Shown here piece by piece: positions 50,616 through 62,984 of a stretch of 64,000 nt of DNA. The position numbers were made by a program, and so were the translations under genes. The notes under the pieces are model-generated. The model had not been told where the DNA came from. It worked only from the letters and a program-made list of their open reading frames with translations, and searched no databases. The DNA is from Felis catus (lineage: Eukaryota): contig NC_058368.1 in the NCBI RefSeq assembly GCF_018350175.1, positions 114,454,001 through 114,518,000 of the forward strand, given 5' to 3'. Position 1 is the stretch's first letter, and every line of letters begins with the position of its first letter.

Positions 50616-51125
50616 TTTATAGCAGCGCTTTCAGTAATAGACAAATTATGGAAAGAGCCTAAATGTCCATCACTAATGGATAAAGAAGATGTGGTTTATA
50701 TATACAATGGAATACTATTTGACAATGAGAAAGAATGAAATCCTGCCATTTGCAACAACGTGGATGGAACTGGAGGATATTATGCTGAGTGAAATAAGTC
50801 AGTCAGAGAAAGATAGATACCATGTTTTCACTCATATGTGGATCCTGAGAAACTTAACAGAAGACCATGGGGGAGGGAAGGGGAAAAATAGTTACAGAGG
50901 GAGAGGGAGGCAAACCATAAGAGACTCAAATACAGAGAGCAAACAGAGGGTAGATGGGGGTGGTGGTGTGGGGGAGAGGGGAAAATGGGTGATGGGCACT
51001 TCTTGGGATGAGCACTGGGTGTTGTATGTAAGCGATGAATCATGGGAATCTACCCCCAAAACCAAGAGCACACTGTATATACACTATATGTTACCCAATT
51101 TGACAATAAATTATGTTAAAAAAAT
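50616..51125 (+). mobile_element. 5'-truncated carnivore L1 (ORF2 C-terminus + 3'UTR)
   Basis: Translates as WFIYTMEYY...NEILPFATTWMELEDIMLSEISQ, the L1 ORF2 end; A-rich tail. Confidence 0.9.
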
Positions 51126-51558
51126 AATACTAATAAAATGGGACTGGGAAAAAAAGTTACTGAAATATGAACATGACCACCAGTCTCTTCCCAGGTGGGG
51201 GCTTGGTTCTACTTTTCTGGGGAAAATGATCAGGAAATGACCCACTAGGTTAGGCAATAAGTCAGGGGACTCCCTCCTCATATTTGGAAGTGGAGGTACT
51301 TCAAACATTTTCCTCCTCCGGCTACTAGGAGTACCTGTTTGGCAGGCGTAAGGATGTGGGAGTGGGACAGAGAAGCAGCATCTTCACCTCAGCCTTCTGC
51401 ACCTAATACAGCAACAGCTTTTCTCTCCTTTCCCCTCAGCCCTCTGAGCTCTGAGCTCAAGGGCTCAGGGAGAAGGCCAGAGAGGTAGCTTCCTTCTGCG
51501 CAGAGAGAAGTGCAAGCAGCGGAGGCTGCAGACTCCAGAAGCTGCCTTAAAGAATACA

Positions 51559-51577
51559 GCAGCGCCCTCTGCTGGGA
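51559..51577 (-). promoter_or_regulatory. CTCF-binding motif
   Basis: Minus strand TCCCAGCAGAGGGCGCTGC fits the CTCF core CCASYAGRKGGCRS closely; unique sequence between the CDC25C 3' end and the GFRA3 promoter. Confidence 0.7.
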
Positions 51578-52304
51578 AGCACAACCGCCGCACTCCAAGA
51601 GAAGCACACTAGCGAACCTTGCAAACATCAATCCAGCTACTGCCCTTCTTCCCTCCCACTTACTTAAAAAAAGTCTCTTGGCCACAGAACCTGGGAAGAT
51701 GTCACTTTTGTCTCTATTCTATCTCAGCCAGGCTTCAGAGCCCTTTGTCCTTTTCCAGTCCTGGGCTAGCACTCCTACCAGGTTAACGCAGAATGACAAT
51801 GATCAGTGGCAATTCTACCACCACCCCAGGCCATAGTGCTGTATCTCACTATGAAGACGAAAGCCTGGTTACATTAAAGAACTCTAAGAACAGAAAGCCT
51901 GGGATAGTGCTGGAAAATAGTTGAAAAGGTCTTCCTTAAGTCTAACTGCTCCTGCTTACTACTTTTGTATTCTTTTATTCCTATCTTCAGATAGCACAGA
52001 TATCTATTTTCAACTCTCCCAAGTCCTAAACTTATCTCTGTGAGATGTGAAATGAAGTGGAGAAAAGACTGTGGGAAATGAGAAAAGTCAAAATTCCACT
52101 GTAGACAAGGAATCTTTTTGAGCCCAACTCAGAACTATAACCTGCCTTAGACATGGCAATCATCTTGGTTCTCTGAGCCTAGTTATCACAGCATGCTGAG
52201 TATGGGGCACACTTTTAGGTAACGCATACCTTGGAATGGTCTAGGAAAGGATAGCCAGGATATTGCTGGAGAATGCAGTTTAAAAGGTTTTCCTTAATTC
52301 CAGA

Positions 52305-52484
52305 GCAGAGGTTCTCAAGGCTTGACATGCATCAGAATCACCCGAAAGGGAAATTTCAAAACCCAGAATTCTGAGCCCTAACTCAGAAGTTTTGTTTTAG
52401 TTAACTGTGTGATGCCTGAAAATTTACATTTCAAAGAAGTTCAGATGATGCTTACTGTTCAGGGCCCAAACTTTGAGAACCACA
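52305..52484. mobile_element. MER5A-like DNA transposon (similar remnants at about 41990-42130 and 59595-59745)
   Basis: ggttctcaa...catcagaatcacc...actttgagaaccac termini. Confidence 0.7.
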
Positions 52485-52628
52485 GGTCTAGAGAAAAGCA
52501 CCTTGGCCTCAGCTATAAATCAAGATGGTTACACCTTTGTTTAAAGGAGTCTAATTTGGTGATCTCTTCCTTATAAAGACCTTCTAGGAGTAGACTGAGC
52601 TCACAATCAAATCTCTAATTTTGTAGTG

Positions 52629-52634
52629 TTTATT
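52629..52634 (-). terminator. CDC25C: Probable CDC25C polyadenylation signal (AATAAA)
   Basis: Canonical AATAAA on the minus strand about 400 nt past the stop. Confidence 0.75.
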
Positions 52635-53032
52635 TTCTCATTTAAGAAAAAGAGAGAGAGGGAAACAAAGAAGGAAAGTACAAAGAAAGAAGATGCCCAA
52701 CTCCCTTGCACAGACCCAGGGAGAGAAAGAGCTGGCTGGCTTGTAAGAAGACACTTAATTGGGAAGAGAATGTAACCACTTCCTGAAGCAACACAAATCT
52801 CCATCCAACCCAAAGCTACAGCCTTCTAAAGCCAGCTCCGGGACTTAGTCAACAGCCAGCAGTTTTGCTAAAACCAACCCCCAGGCCTAGAATTTCATTA
52901 TCTTGGCAGCCTGTTGGTTTGCAGCCATCTTTTAACAATGTTGGGTTTTGCCACATTCAACATGGCTCTTTCTGTTCAGGGTTTCTACAGTGTCTTTGGG
53001 TGACTTGTAAGCAGCAAACCACTGATCCATTG

Positions 53033-53182
53033 TCATGGGCTCACATCCTTCACCAGTAAGGCAATCTGTTCCTGCAGCTGCCGCTCCCCTTCCCATGCTT
53101 TGCTCTGGCTTCGACACCTCAGCAGCTCAGCCTTGTGGTCTTGGTGATGCATAGGGCAGTAGCTCTGTGGTTCACACAGTTC
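53033..53182 (-). CDS. CDC25C: CDC25C last coding exon ([17 protein letters not shown]...LLVKDVSP*)
   Basis: Acceptor ttcag|GAA; TGA stop at 53035-53033; C-terminus matches recalled human CDC25C (LLVKDMSP). Confidence 0.96.
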   Translation of the reverse strand, partial: ELCEPQSYCPMHHQDHKAELLRCRSQSKAWEGERQLQEQIALLVKDVSP

Positions 53183-53380
53183 CTGAAAGGTAGGGGACAA
53201 AGTAAGGGATACTCCAGTTTCCAGAACTCTGCCTACTAACTATAATGGAGATGCTGACAGTAGTAGCTAAGAAGAGCAGCAGTTTCTTCTCGGAGGGCTT
53301 TGCAGGCCCTGGAAGTTTAATGCTCAAGTTGGCTCCCCCAAGTCTGAGCTCTCCTGTTGCCCACGTGCCCCATTCTTTAC

Positions 53381-53492
53381 CGTATATTCTGGAAAGAAGT
53401 CTCTGTAGCCCCCTTTAAGGATATATAGCTCTGGGTAGTACAATGCAGGATACTGGTTCAGAGCCCTGTCCTCTTCTCTGAGAGAGCGGCAC
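53381..53492 (-). CDS. CDC25C: CDC25C coding exon ([37 protein letters not shown])
   Basis: Acceptor ctaaag|GTGC, donor ACG|GTAAAG; 112 nt; [11 protein letters not shown] motif. Confidence 0.96.
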
Positions 53493-53988
53493 CTTTAGAG
53501 AAAACCCAGAGGTGGGTGGGGTGAAAAGAAGCAAGGTCAGGATTCTGTGGACCATTTGCTGGGGAGGGGAACAAAGAATAGACTATGGGTAACCCCAAAG
53601 GACTTCCAGATCTCACTGTTTTTGCAAAATAAGGTTCAAGTAGTCACTCTTTCTCCTTTCCTTTGTTGGTATCTCATTCCCAATCCTTTTTCCTTCACTA
53701 CTCCAAACTTTAAAAAAAAAAAAAATGTTTTTTTTTAAGTTTACTTATTTTGATGGTTGGGGAGAGACAGAGAAAGAGGGCGAGAGAATCCCAAGCAGGT
53801 CCCACGCTGTCAGTGGGGAGCCTGATGCAGGGCTCCAACCCACAAACCGTGAGATCATGACCTGAGACGAAACCAAGAGTCAGATGCATAAGTGACTGAG
53901 CCACCCAGGCACCCCTCTGCTCCAAACTTTTAAATTGTAGAAACTTTTCCTTCCACTTCTCTAACCTTTAAGCTGCAATGGAAAATAT

Positions 53989-54037
53989 GCATTCTTCATT
54001 CATTCATTCATTCATTCATTCATTCATTCATTCATTC
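53989..54037 (+). repeat. (TTCA)n microsatellite
   Basis: Direct reading. Confidence 0.95.
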
Positions 54038-54127
54038 CCGTCTCTGTCTGAACTGGTCTGGGAAGGCTCCCGGTTTTAAGTCCCAATTCAAGGTCCATTT
54101 CCAACATCTGCCCATGTAGACACTCAC

Positions 54128-54261
54128 ATTCGGGGACCCCTTTCTGAGGAGAATTCACAGTGGAACACGATGATTATTCTTTTCTGGGTGTCCAGAGGCA
54201 TGACAGGCTTCTTCAGAAAGAAGTCATATAGTTCTTCCTGACTGTACAAATTTAAGGCTCC
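54128..54261 (-). CDS. CDC25C: CDC25C coding exon with active site HCEFSSER (54139-54162)
   Basis: Acceptor ctacag|GGA, donor AAT|GTGAGT; 134 nt; intact HCX5R loop. Confidence 0.97.
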
Positions 54262-54805
54262 CTGTAGAAGAATTTTGGTAAGTACTGTATTTCCTTAAGC
54301 ACCTCTGGACAGTTACAACACTTAGAAATAACTGGGATACCATCTTGGGATATCTGGGCAAAGAAGTCTAGACTATAAGCACTTTTGGGGCATAGATCTA
54401 ATTATATCTCTGGGTCTATCCCCAAGGTCTGGCATAGAGCTTGGTATGTAGTAGGTATTCAATAAATGTTTGTAGAACTGACCCTCCAACCCCTAACATG
54501 TAGGAATCGTTGTGAGGAATGTCTGTGAGTATCTGCAAAGTGCTTCTCAATCCTTGCATTAATATTTTAATTTGAAGTAGGAGCCCTTGGCTCCAACAAA
54601 ATAGGGGGAGATCGGTCTAGGAGGAAAAGGGAAAGTAAATTGCTCGACGTACACAGAATTAGAATAGGAATGAGGACTTGCAGCCTTATCCAAATGTATA
54701 ACCTCTGCCCTGGTTCTGGAGTTCATAGGGCTTTTATCCATAGACTCTGCTCAATAAAGAGCTACCTCCAGCCCCTCCCAACTAATGTCCCCTATGTAAC
54801 CTCAC

Positions 54806-54904
54806 CTGGATGTGTCCTCCCTGGTACTCATATGGATAGCGGCAATCGATGATATAAAACTTCTCAATCAGACTCTGGAACTTCCCTGACAGTAAGGCAG
54901 CCAC
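54806..54904 (-). CDS. CDC25C: CDC25C coding exon ([33 protein letters not shown])
   Basis: Acceptor gtgcag|GTG, donor CAG|GTGAGG; 99 nt; [13 protein letters not shown] motif of the CDC25 rhodanese fold. Confidence 0.97.
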
Positions 54905-55809
54905 CTGCACAGAAACAATGATTAAACACTCTGCTCCCAGTCACTCCAAGGGAGAGAACAGCCCTTCACACAGTTCGTCATTTGTACTCCCTTTAGTCAC
55001 CCAGGATTCTACTGTATGCCCGTCCTCCAAAGGCCCCCTATATTTTGAAACGGAGCAATGGTTGCATCCTTACCCCCCATTCAAGAGGATAAAATAGGAA
55101 ATGGTCTTTTTGGAACACCGAAGTAGCTAGTATTGTCAAGACACCAGAGAAAATTGTATTCAAGCCACTCATCTGGAGGCAGGCATGGCTGCATTGAGCC
55201 TCTCAGAAGACACCCAAGGACTTCTGCAGTGGTACAGGTAGCAGGTAGCAATTCCGACTTTGCAAGAAGAAATGGGAAATGGTTCCCCATGCTCCATCGT
55301 AAAGGAAGAAAGCAAATCTTTCAGGAAAGGATAAGGAAGGAAAAGGTCGACATCCTTAAGCTACTTGTAACAGTGTAAATTGGTTCAACCTTTCTGGAGT
55401 GAATTTTGTAAATGTAAGTGTAATTACACTTTGACTCAGTAATTTCTATTCCAACATCTTTAGTGAACAGAAAAGTACGCAAAGATATGGGACAACAATA
55501 TTCATCCCTGCATTCATTATTTTAGGTTATCAAAATATTACAAATAACTTAAATATTCAATAATGGGGGTTTGGTTAAATTATACATGCCAATATAATAG
55601 AATATTATATAGTCATTGAAAGGATAATATAGATTTTTTTTATTGATGTAGAAACATATTTACAATGTCTTGCTAAGCTAACTTCAACATGTATAGAAGC
55701 TAACATGTTCATTATGATTCTATTTTTATCAAATATGTTCCAGAATAAAACGTGGAAGACCATAAGGAAAATATTACTAGTGGTTATCTCTAGTGATGAG
55801 ATTATGGGT

Positions 55810-55915
55810 AGGGTGACCAAATAACTATTGCACAAACTAGGACACTTTTGAGAGTGAAAGAGAACACTATAAATAATTACCACACGCTGAAAGGTGTCAA
55901 TGGGATTGTAACCTC
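55810..55915 (+). mobile_element. MER94-like DNA transposon remnant
   Basis: agggtgacca...ggacacttttgagagtgaaag...aataattac matches the recalled consensus. Confidence 0.6.
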
Positions 55916-56201
55916 TAAACCAGGATATAAATTTGCTTCAACTGAGTGATTTTGACTTTTTTCCTGCCCTCCCTTCCTTTATTGTTTTCTCTCTTTCATA
56001 ACAATTTTATATCACTGGTTTAATTAAAAATAAAGGCAACAGAATGGGATAAATGGGACTCCTTTAACACAGCTTCAGTTGAATGAGGTGCCTAAGTGAG
56101 TGAACACAATGAAAGAAATATAATGGAAGTGGGATTTTAGGGACAGAACAGACCAGATGGTAGCTTATGTAACCAGTTACCATCTCCAGAAATCTGCTTA
56201 C

Positions 56202-56264
56202 TGTTTCTGGGTTGATGTACTTCAGATCTTGGTGTCTCCCTGACACGGTTGGCAGCACACACAC
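56202..56264 (-). CDS. CDC25C: CDC25C coding exon ([21 protein letters not shown])
   Basis: Acceptor tctag|GTG, donor ACA|GTAAGC; 63 nt. Confidence 0.95.
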
Positions 56265-56710
56265 CTAGAAATACCCAAGAGCTGAAATAACAACAAATTT
56301 TCTATACCCCAACTTGAGATCAAAGACCACAAATTGTCCTCCTTTCCAACTGATCTTAAAACCCCAGATGCCTTCAAAACAATCAAGAGTCTCTATAACT
56401 TGCATATGTAGCAATCCATTTCTAAGAAGTGATTCTAAGGAACTAATCAAGGGTGTGTACAAAATTTTAGATTTAGCTATAAATATGTCCACCTTGGTAC
56501 AGTTCAAAAGGAAAACTTGTAAAAGTAAATATGCTACAAGAACAGCTTTATCAAGAAATTATGGGCAGGAATGCCTGGCTGGCTCAGTTGGTAGAGCGCG
56601 TGACTCTTGATCTCAGAGTTGTGAGTTCAAGCCCCACAGTGGGTGTGGAGATTACTTACAAATAAAAAAGTAAAAAAATAAAAATCTTTTAAAAAAATTA
56701 TGGGAATCCA

Positions 56711-57102
<392 letters not shown>

Positions 57103-57913
57103 TTTTTAAAATTATGAAATGATGAAGCAGAACTGTTTATTGACATGAAAAGATGTTCTTGATACATTAAATGAGGAAGAAAAAAAACCCCAGTAGATCA
57201 CAAAACAGTATAAATAATTTTTTGTGAAAAAACAAAAAAACCCAAAAATATGTATTTGTGTATGTAAAATATGCATGTGTGTTTGTGAAAATACATAGAA
57301 AAAAGTCTGGAGGAATATATACCAAGATGTTCATAAGATTTGAGGTACATTGCATTTTCTACTTTTCCTGTAATGACCAAGTATTATTTACATAATTTTA
57401 AAAGATTTTTTTAAATGTTTTATTTTATTTTTGTGAGAGAGACACACAGAGTGTGAGAGGGTCACACAGAGTGTGAGAAGGTCACACAGTGTGAGAGCGT
57501 CAGAGGGAGAAGGAGACACAGAATCTGAAGCAGGCTCCAGGCTCTAAGCTGTCAGCACAGTGCGTGATGTGGGGCTTGAACTCAAAAACAGTGAGATCAG
57601 ACCTGAGCCAAAGTCAGACGCTCAACTGACTGAGCCACTCAGGCACCCTAAAAGATATTTTTAAAAAGAAAAAAGTAAAAAGCCTCACACTTCCCCACTG
57701 CTTTGGATTTTCCCAGAATTAATAAAAAGTACTTTTTCACTGGAAAGGCTTAGGGTCTAGATCTACCATGATAGCACCTTCAGTTTATCAAATAGTAGTT
57801 GGTGAGGATACATGATTATATCTAGTGTCCTCTGCAAGCAACAACAACAACAAAAAGAAGACTCAAATCCAAAATGACTCAGTGAAATATAGGATGAGTA
57901 TAACCAAACTCAC

Positions 57914-58015
57914 CTTGGAGAAATCACCAATCAGAGACCCCTGGTTAGACTCTTCCTCCAGCATCTGAGTGATATTAATGTCACAGAGAGAGACTGCCTT
58001 CTTTAGACCTAAGCC
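57914..58015 (-). CDS. CDC25C: CDC25C coding exon ([34 protein letters not shown])
   Basis: Acceptor ttcag|GGC, donor AAG|GTGAGT; 102 nt; LIGDFSK marks the start of the CDC25 catalytic domain. Confidence 0.95.
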
Positions 58016-59398
58016 CTGAAGATGACAAGATTTCCCCCACCCCAATTCCTCATGTTAAAAGTTTAAAAACCAGGGGAGAGAAGGAGTGGAGACTTATTAA
58101 AAATATGCACACCTTTTTATCTAATAATTGTTTGTTTTCCTAGGGAAATAAAAATATGCACAAAGATTTATCTGTAAAAGTGTATATCCCAGCAAGTTTA
58201 TAATAGAGAAAGATTATTAATAAATAACACGGTCTTGTTTAAACAAATCATATTCTACACATTATATATTACTATTATGCAATAACAAGTATGTTGTAGG
58301 GGCACCTGGGTGGCTCAGGGAGTTAAGTGTCTGACTTTGGCTAGGGTCATGATCTCATGGTTTGTGGGTTCAGGCCCCAAACAATGGGCTCTGTGCTGAC
58401 GGCTCAGAGACTGGAGCCTGCTTTGGATTCCATCTCTTTCTCTCTCTCTCTCTCTGCTCCTCTCCTGCTCATGCTCTGTCTCTCTCTTTCTCAAAAATAA
58501 ATAAACATTAAAAAAAAAGTATGCTGTAGATTAATTTCATTGACATGAAAATAAGTTCACGATATCCTTAAAAAAATGAGAAAACATGTACTTTTGTAAT
58601 ACCACTTTAATAAAAGAAAACAAAAAACTGCATCCAAAAAAGAATCTGGAAGAACATACACCAGCTAACAATAATTATCTCTGGCCTATGGGATTATGGA
58701 CATTTCACAACAGCTTCTTTTTTTCTTTTTTTTTTTTTTTAATGTTTTTTCATTTTTGAGAGACAGAGAGCAACAGAGTACGAGTCAAGGAGGGACAGAG
58801 AGAGAGAGGGGGAGACAGAAAATCTGAAGCAGGCTCCAGGCTCTGAGCTGTCAGCGCAGAGCCTGACGCAGGGCTTGAACTCAGGAACCGCGAGATCGTG
58901 ACCCAAGACGAAGTTGGATGCTCAACTGACTGAGACACCCAGGCGCCCCTCACAACAGCTTCTTTTGTTTATGTGAAACTTATGTACTATAAAACAGCCA
59001 AATGTATTTAGATTTTTTTATAAAGGAGAGGTAGGAAATGGGGGCTAAGCTTTTCAAAAGTTACTTGCCACCAAACAGTGTGTTCCATGATGCTATTTCT
59101 GTCAGAATGCAGTTAAAACAGCAGTAAATATCCTTACCATTCAAGGTTGCCTTGTATCCTCTCAGATCTTAAAAAAGAAAGTTGGGAAGACAGTATGCCA
59201 ACATCATTTCCAGAAGTATAATATAAAAAATATTTACTGTTAAATATTTTATACATGGATGCAGATGTAGAAAAGACAGAACAGAGACAAAAAGCAAAAG
59301 TAATTAAAAAGAAGATATACTAAAGCAATCCTCATACCAAAAAAGCAGAAAAGACAAGAAAGAGCATTAAACAGATTCTCATCTTGAAAAGTTCTTAC

Positions 59399-59551
59399 CT
59401 TCCTGAATTCTTTGTTGTGAGAACAATACTCCTGTTTTACTTTATCCGCTATGGGATTGTCCTTGAATTTTACCACCTGATTCAGTCTTGGCCTGTTCAG
59501 AGTCTCTGGCAGTGAAGGCGAGCGATACAAGGAGCTTCTATTCAGAGATGC
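59399..59551 (-). CDS. CDC25C: CDC25C internal coding exon ([23 protein letters not shown]...KEFRK), containing the 14-3-3 site equivalent to human Ser216
   Basis: Acceptor atacag|GCATC, donor AAG|GTAAGA; 153 nt, phase 0; RSPSLP at 59507-59524 matches human RSPSMP. No upstream exons seen in the rest of the window. Confidence 0.93.
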
Positions 59552-61377
59552 CTGTATGGGAATATCACCCCCCGCCCCCCGCCATGTTCTTACTCCTCTA
59601 AGTGTGTCTGCAGGCCAGCAGCATGAATACTCCGGGGAGCTTGTTAGAAATGAAGAATCCTAGATATTGGACCCCAGACTGAATTAAAATCTGCACTTTA
59701 GCAAGTTGCCCAGGTGATTTCTAGCAACCCTAAAGTTTGATAGGCAAAACCTTAGGTAAGCAACCACTCTTCCCCTCCTATTAACATCTTTCTCCTCAGA
59801 CTGCATGATGTTTCATCTCCCCCAGATATATTAACTCTAAGCCAAACCAAATTCACCACGTGACCATCTTATACACACCAATTCTTGTAAGAGAAAGCAA
59901 GTGCAAACTCAATTCCTCCAGTCAAGGGAAAAAACAAATGAACCTAATCCCACAATTCCTCTATAGGATCTTAAGACTCTGACAATCAACATTTAAGGAC
60001 CCAAACAAAATAGAGGATGACAAACCAAAAAGGTCAGTCTGGGTAAAAAAAAAATACTAGGCAGCAAGAGTATGTGTCACTTTTTTGGGTAGTAGTTTCT
60101 TAGAGGGACAGAGAAAAAATACCACTCAGCTTTCTTATAAAGGAGGTTGTTAGTGGGAAAGAAAAATAGCAAAATAAGCATCCTGCAAGGGAAACGGGAA
60201 CACTAGAATCTAATATCAAGATTACTATTATAGGATTGATATTATGAAGACTATCAGGGGAAAAATGGATTAAATACCATGAAGAACTAGCCTTGGAGTT
60301 ACTGGCCCAGACTAAAGTGTAACATGATGGACTACTGTGTCCTTGAAAGCCATGATTTGGGTATTATAACCACAGGCAGAGGGATATATTAAATGACCTC
60401 TGATAACAACTTTCAACTTATCTAAGATTCTTTAAAAGAAATGTTTTTAAATAATCTCGACACCCAACATGAGGCTCGAACTCACAACACAGAGATCAAG
60501 AGTCCCATGTTCTAGTGACTGAGTCAGCCAGGTACCCCTCAACTAATCCAAGATTCTTATCCTCTGTTCCCATATACCTTCTATCTCTTGCCTAGATAAA
60601 AGCCAAAAGTTTCTACTTTATACACTCACCTCACTAACTGCTATGGATTGATTGAGAAGTGAGCTAGATAATGAGAGAGCTATAACTAGAAGACAAGTTG
60701 ATGGTCAATGATTTCTGGGAGAATAAAAAAACAGTGTTTGTCACATCGATGGTCCCATCTAAGGAAAACTCCATTGTTCATGGTACCAGCTGAAGGTACA
60801 GTTCACATTTTATTTACCAATATTTTTACACAGACATTTTCCCTTGGATCCATGCCAGTCAACTCCCTACATCCCCACAACCCTGTCCAGAGCCACTGAC
60901 AGGCCCATATTGCTGGTTCAACACACCCATTTAGTAGCCTAGAATATGTAAAAATAATCTGGGCCAATTAGGTTCTCTCTCCTGGGAGTCTAACTTAGAA
61001 AATGGCAAAATAATTAGGCAGCAACAGAAGCCAAAGCTTAAAAGGAAGAAGTCAAGAGATACAGTCAAGGCCATGAGGCCAGTGATGAATGCATGGATGA
61101 ACCGAAGGTATAGTGGCAGAGAGATGTAGTAAAGGAATGAGGAACAGGCTACCCAGACTTCTTGACCCACTATTCTTCATATAATTTCAATTTTGCCCTG
61201 AGAAGAAGGCAGGAGAAAGCCAGATAGGAATTTCAAATTTGATGGCCTTAGTGCAGTCTTTGTTTCTTTTAACCATAAGAGCCTTCCTAGAACATACCAA
61301 ATTATTAGGCTAACGGCTCATTTTAAAGAGTTTGGAATGAATGAGCTACTAAGGGAAATGTATCCATTTTTTAATAT

Positions 61378-61682
61378 TATATCTAAGAAACTTTTACCTA
61401 ACCCATGGTCACAGAAATTTTCTCCCATGTTTTTTTCTTCAGATGTTTTATAGTTCCAGATTTTACATTTAGGTCTATGATCCGTTTTGTGCTAATTTCT
61501 ATATACGGCATGAGGTATGGATTGAGGTTTTTGTTTTTCATATAGATTTTCAATTGCTCCAGCACAATTTGTTGAAAAGACCATGTTTTCTCCATTTAAT
61601 TGTTTTTGTATCTTGGTCTAATTATCAACTGGCCATATATGCATGGGTCTATTTCTTGAATCTCTATTCTCTTGCATTGATG
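61378..61682 (-). mobile_element. L1 ORF2 fragment
   Basis: Degenerate ...LNPYLMPY...RIIDLNVK translation. Confidence 0.7.
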
Positions 61683-62984
61683 CTTTAGGTTTCTAGTAGG
61701 TATTATGGTGATAATGAAGGTGATAAATATCTTTTTGTGTTTTGTATAATCCAAAGCAAGAACCCAGAAATAAATGACAGCAGAAAACTACTTTAACAAA
61801 CAGAAATAGCCACTACTTTTCTAACAGATTCTTTTCAACACATTTATATTAAAACAAAAGGCAATTTACTGCAAAGAGCATACATGCTTGGTCATGAAGA
61901 CATGATGATACTTTAGCTTTGTCTTGCTAGTCAAAATTTCCCAGTTCTCAGAAGCAGCAGTGGGGAGAACCAAGGACCAGCTGGCTTAGATGGCACTCAA
62001 TATCTGCCAATTAGTGATTTTCCTTCTTTAAGGAATCAATAAATACTTTCAATATTTGGGAGTTTTAAGCATTGAAAAGGCCAGGGAGAAGAAAAGGAAA
62101 CTTGCTAAGCTCGAGTCTACCTGTGGATTTTATAAAAAGATCTAATTGAATAATTATTATCTTGTAAACTGAGAAGGCATCACCATTTCCTCATGGCCTG
62201 CACACTCTTCTATACAAATAGACTTGGCTTCTGGTCTTGTCAAAGTTATCAGCAATCTTCATATCACTGTATCTTTGGACATATATCTTTCTGAACTTCA
62301 TAGTAGCTTCCATGGAGTTGGCTACTGCCTTCTTCCTTGGCTTCAAGACACCTTCTAGTTTAGATTAGGGCTGGTACAGGCAATCCCTAAACTATAGAAC
62401 CATGATGCTTCTACCTCTCTGTTGCTCCTTCTCAGTCCTCTTTGTTGGGCCTCTTCACTACCAAACCTCTAACAGATGTTGGACGAGGGTTAGGTCCTGG
62501 CCCTTTTATATCTCCTCACTTTGGCCTTATGTGATTTTTTTTTTTTTCTATCTGTGAATTCAAATTTTCTGTTTTGAAAATAAGTATTGTTTATACTGAT
62601 GACTCTCAAATATCTATTTCAAATCAAGACTTCTGCTCTTACTTCCAGATTTCCATATCCACATACTTCCTTGGCAGTTTCTGAGTACCTGCTACGTGTC
62701 ATAGCAGTGAATAAGGGAGTGGAAGAGACAAAGAAATATGTGCTTTTAAATTCTATAAGTAAAAAATAAGAAGAATAAAAAGATAGGGAATATATTTGGG
62801 TTGGAAAGCTTGTCAGGAAAGGCTTTTCTGATGGTTAACACATGTAGGGAAATGAGACTGAATTGAGGGAAAAAAATCCTGTGTTACCTATGGGAAGAAT
62901 GTTCCAGGCTGAAACAACAATGCAAAGGCCCTGTAAGAATAGCAAGGCCAGTAATGGCCACATTTAGTATGGAGCATTTTTAGA

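Noticed and set aside
50689..51240. 183-aa ORF
   Set aside because: L1 ORF2 C-terminus running into the L1 3'UTR; not a host gene.
51389..51836. Opposing 98- and 108-aa ORFs around the CTCF motif
   Set aside because: No recognisable protein features; the track's start codons are TTG/GTG-type rather than ATG.
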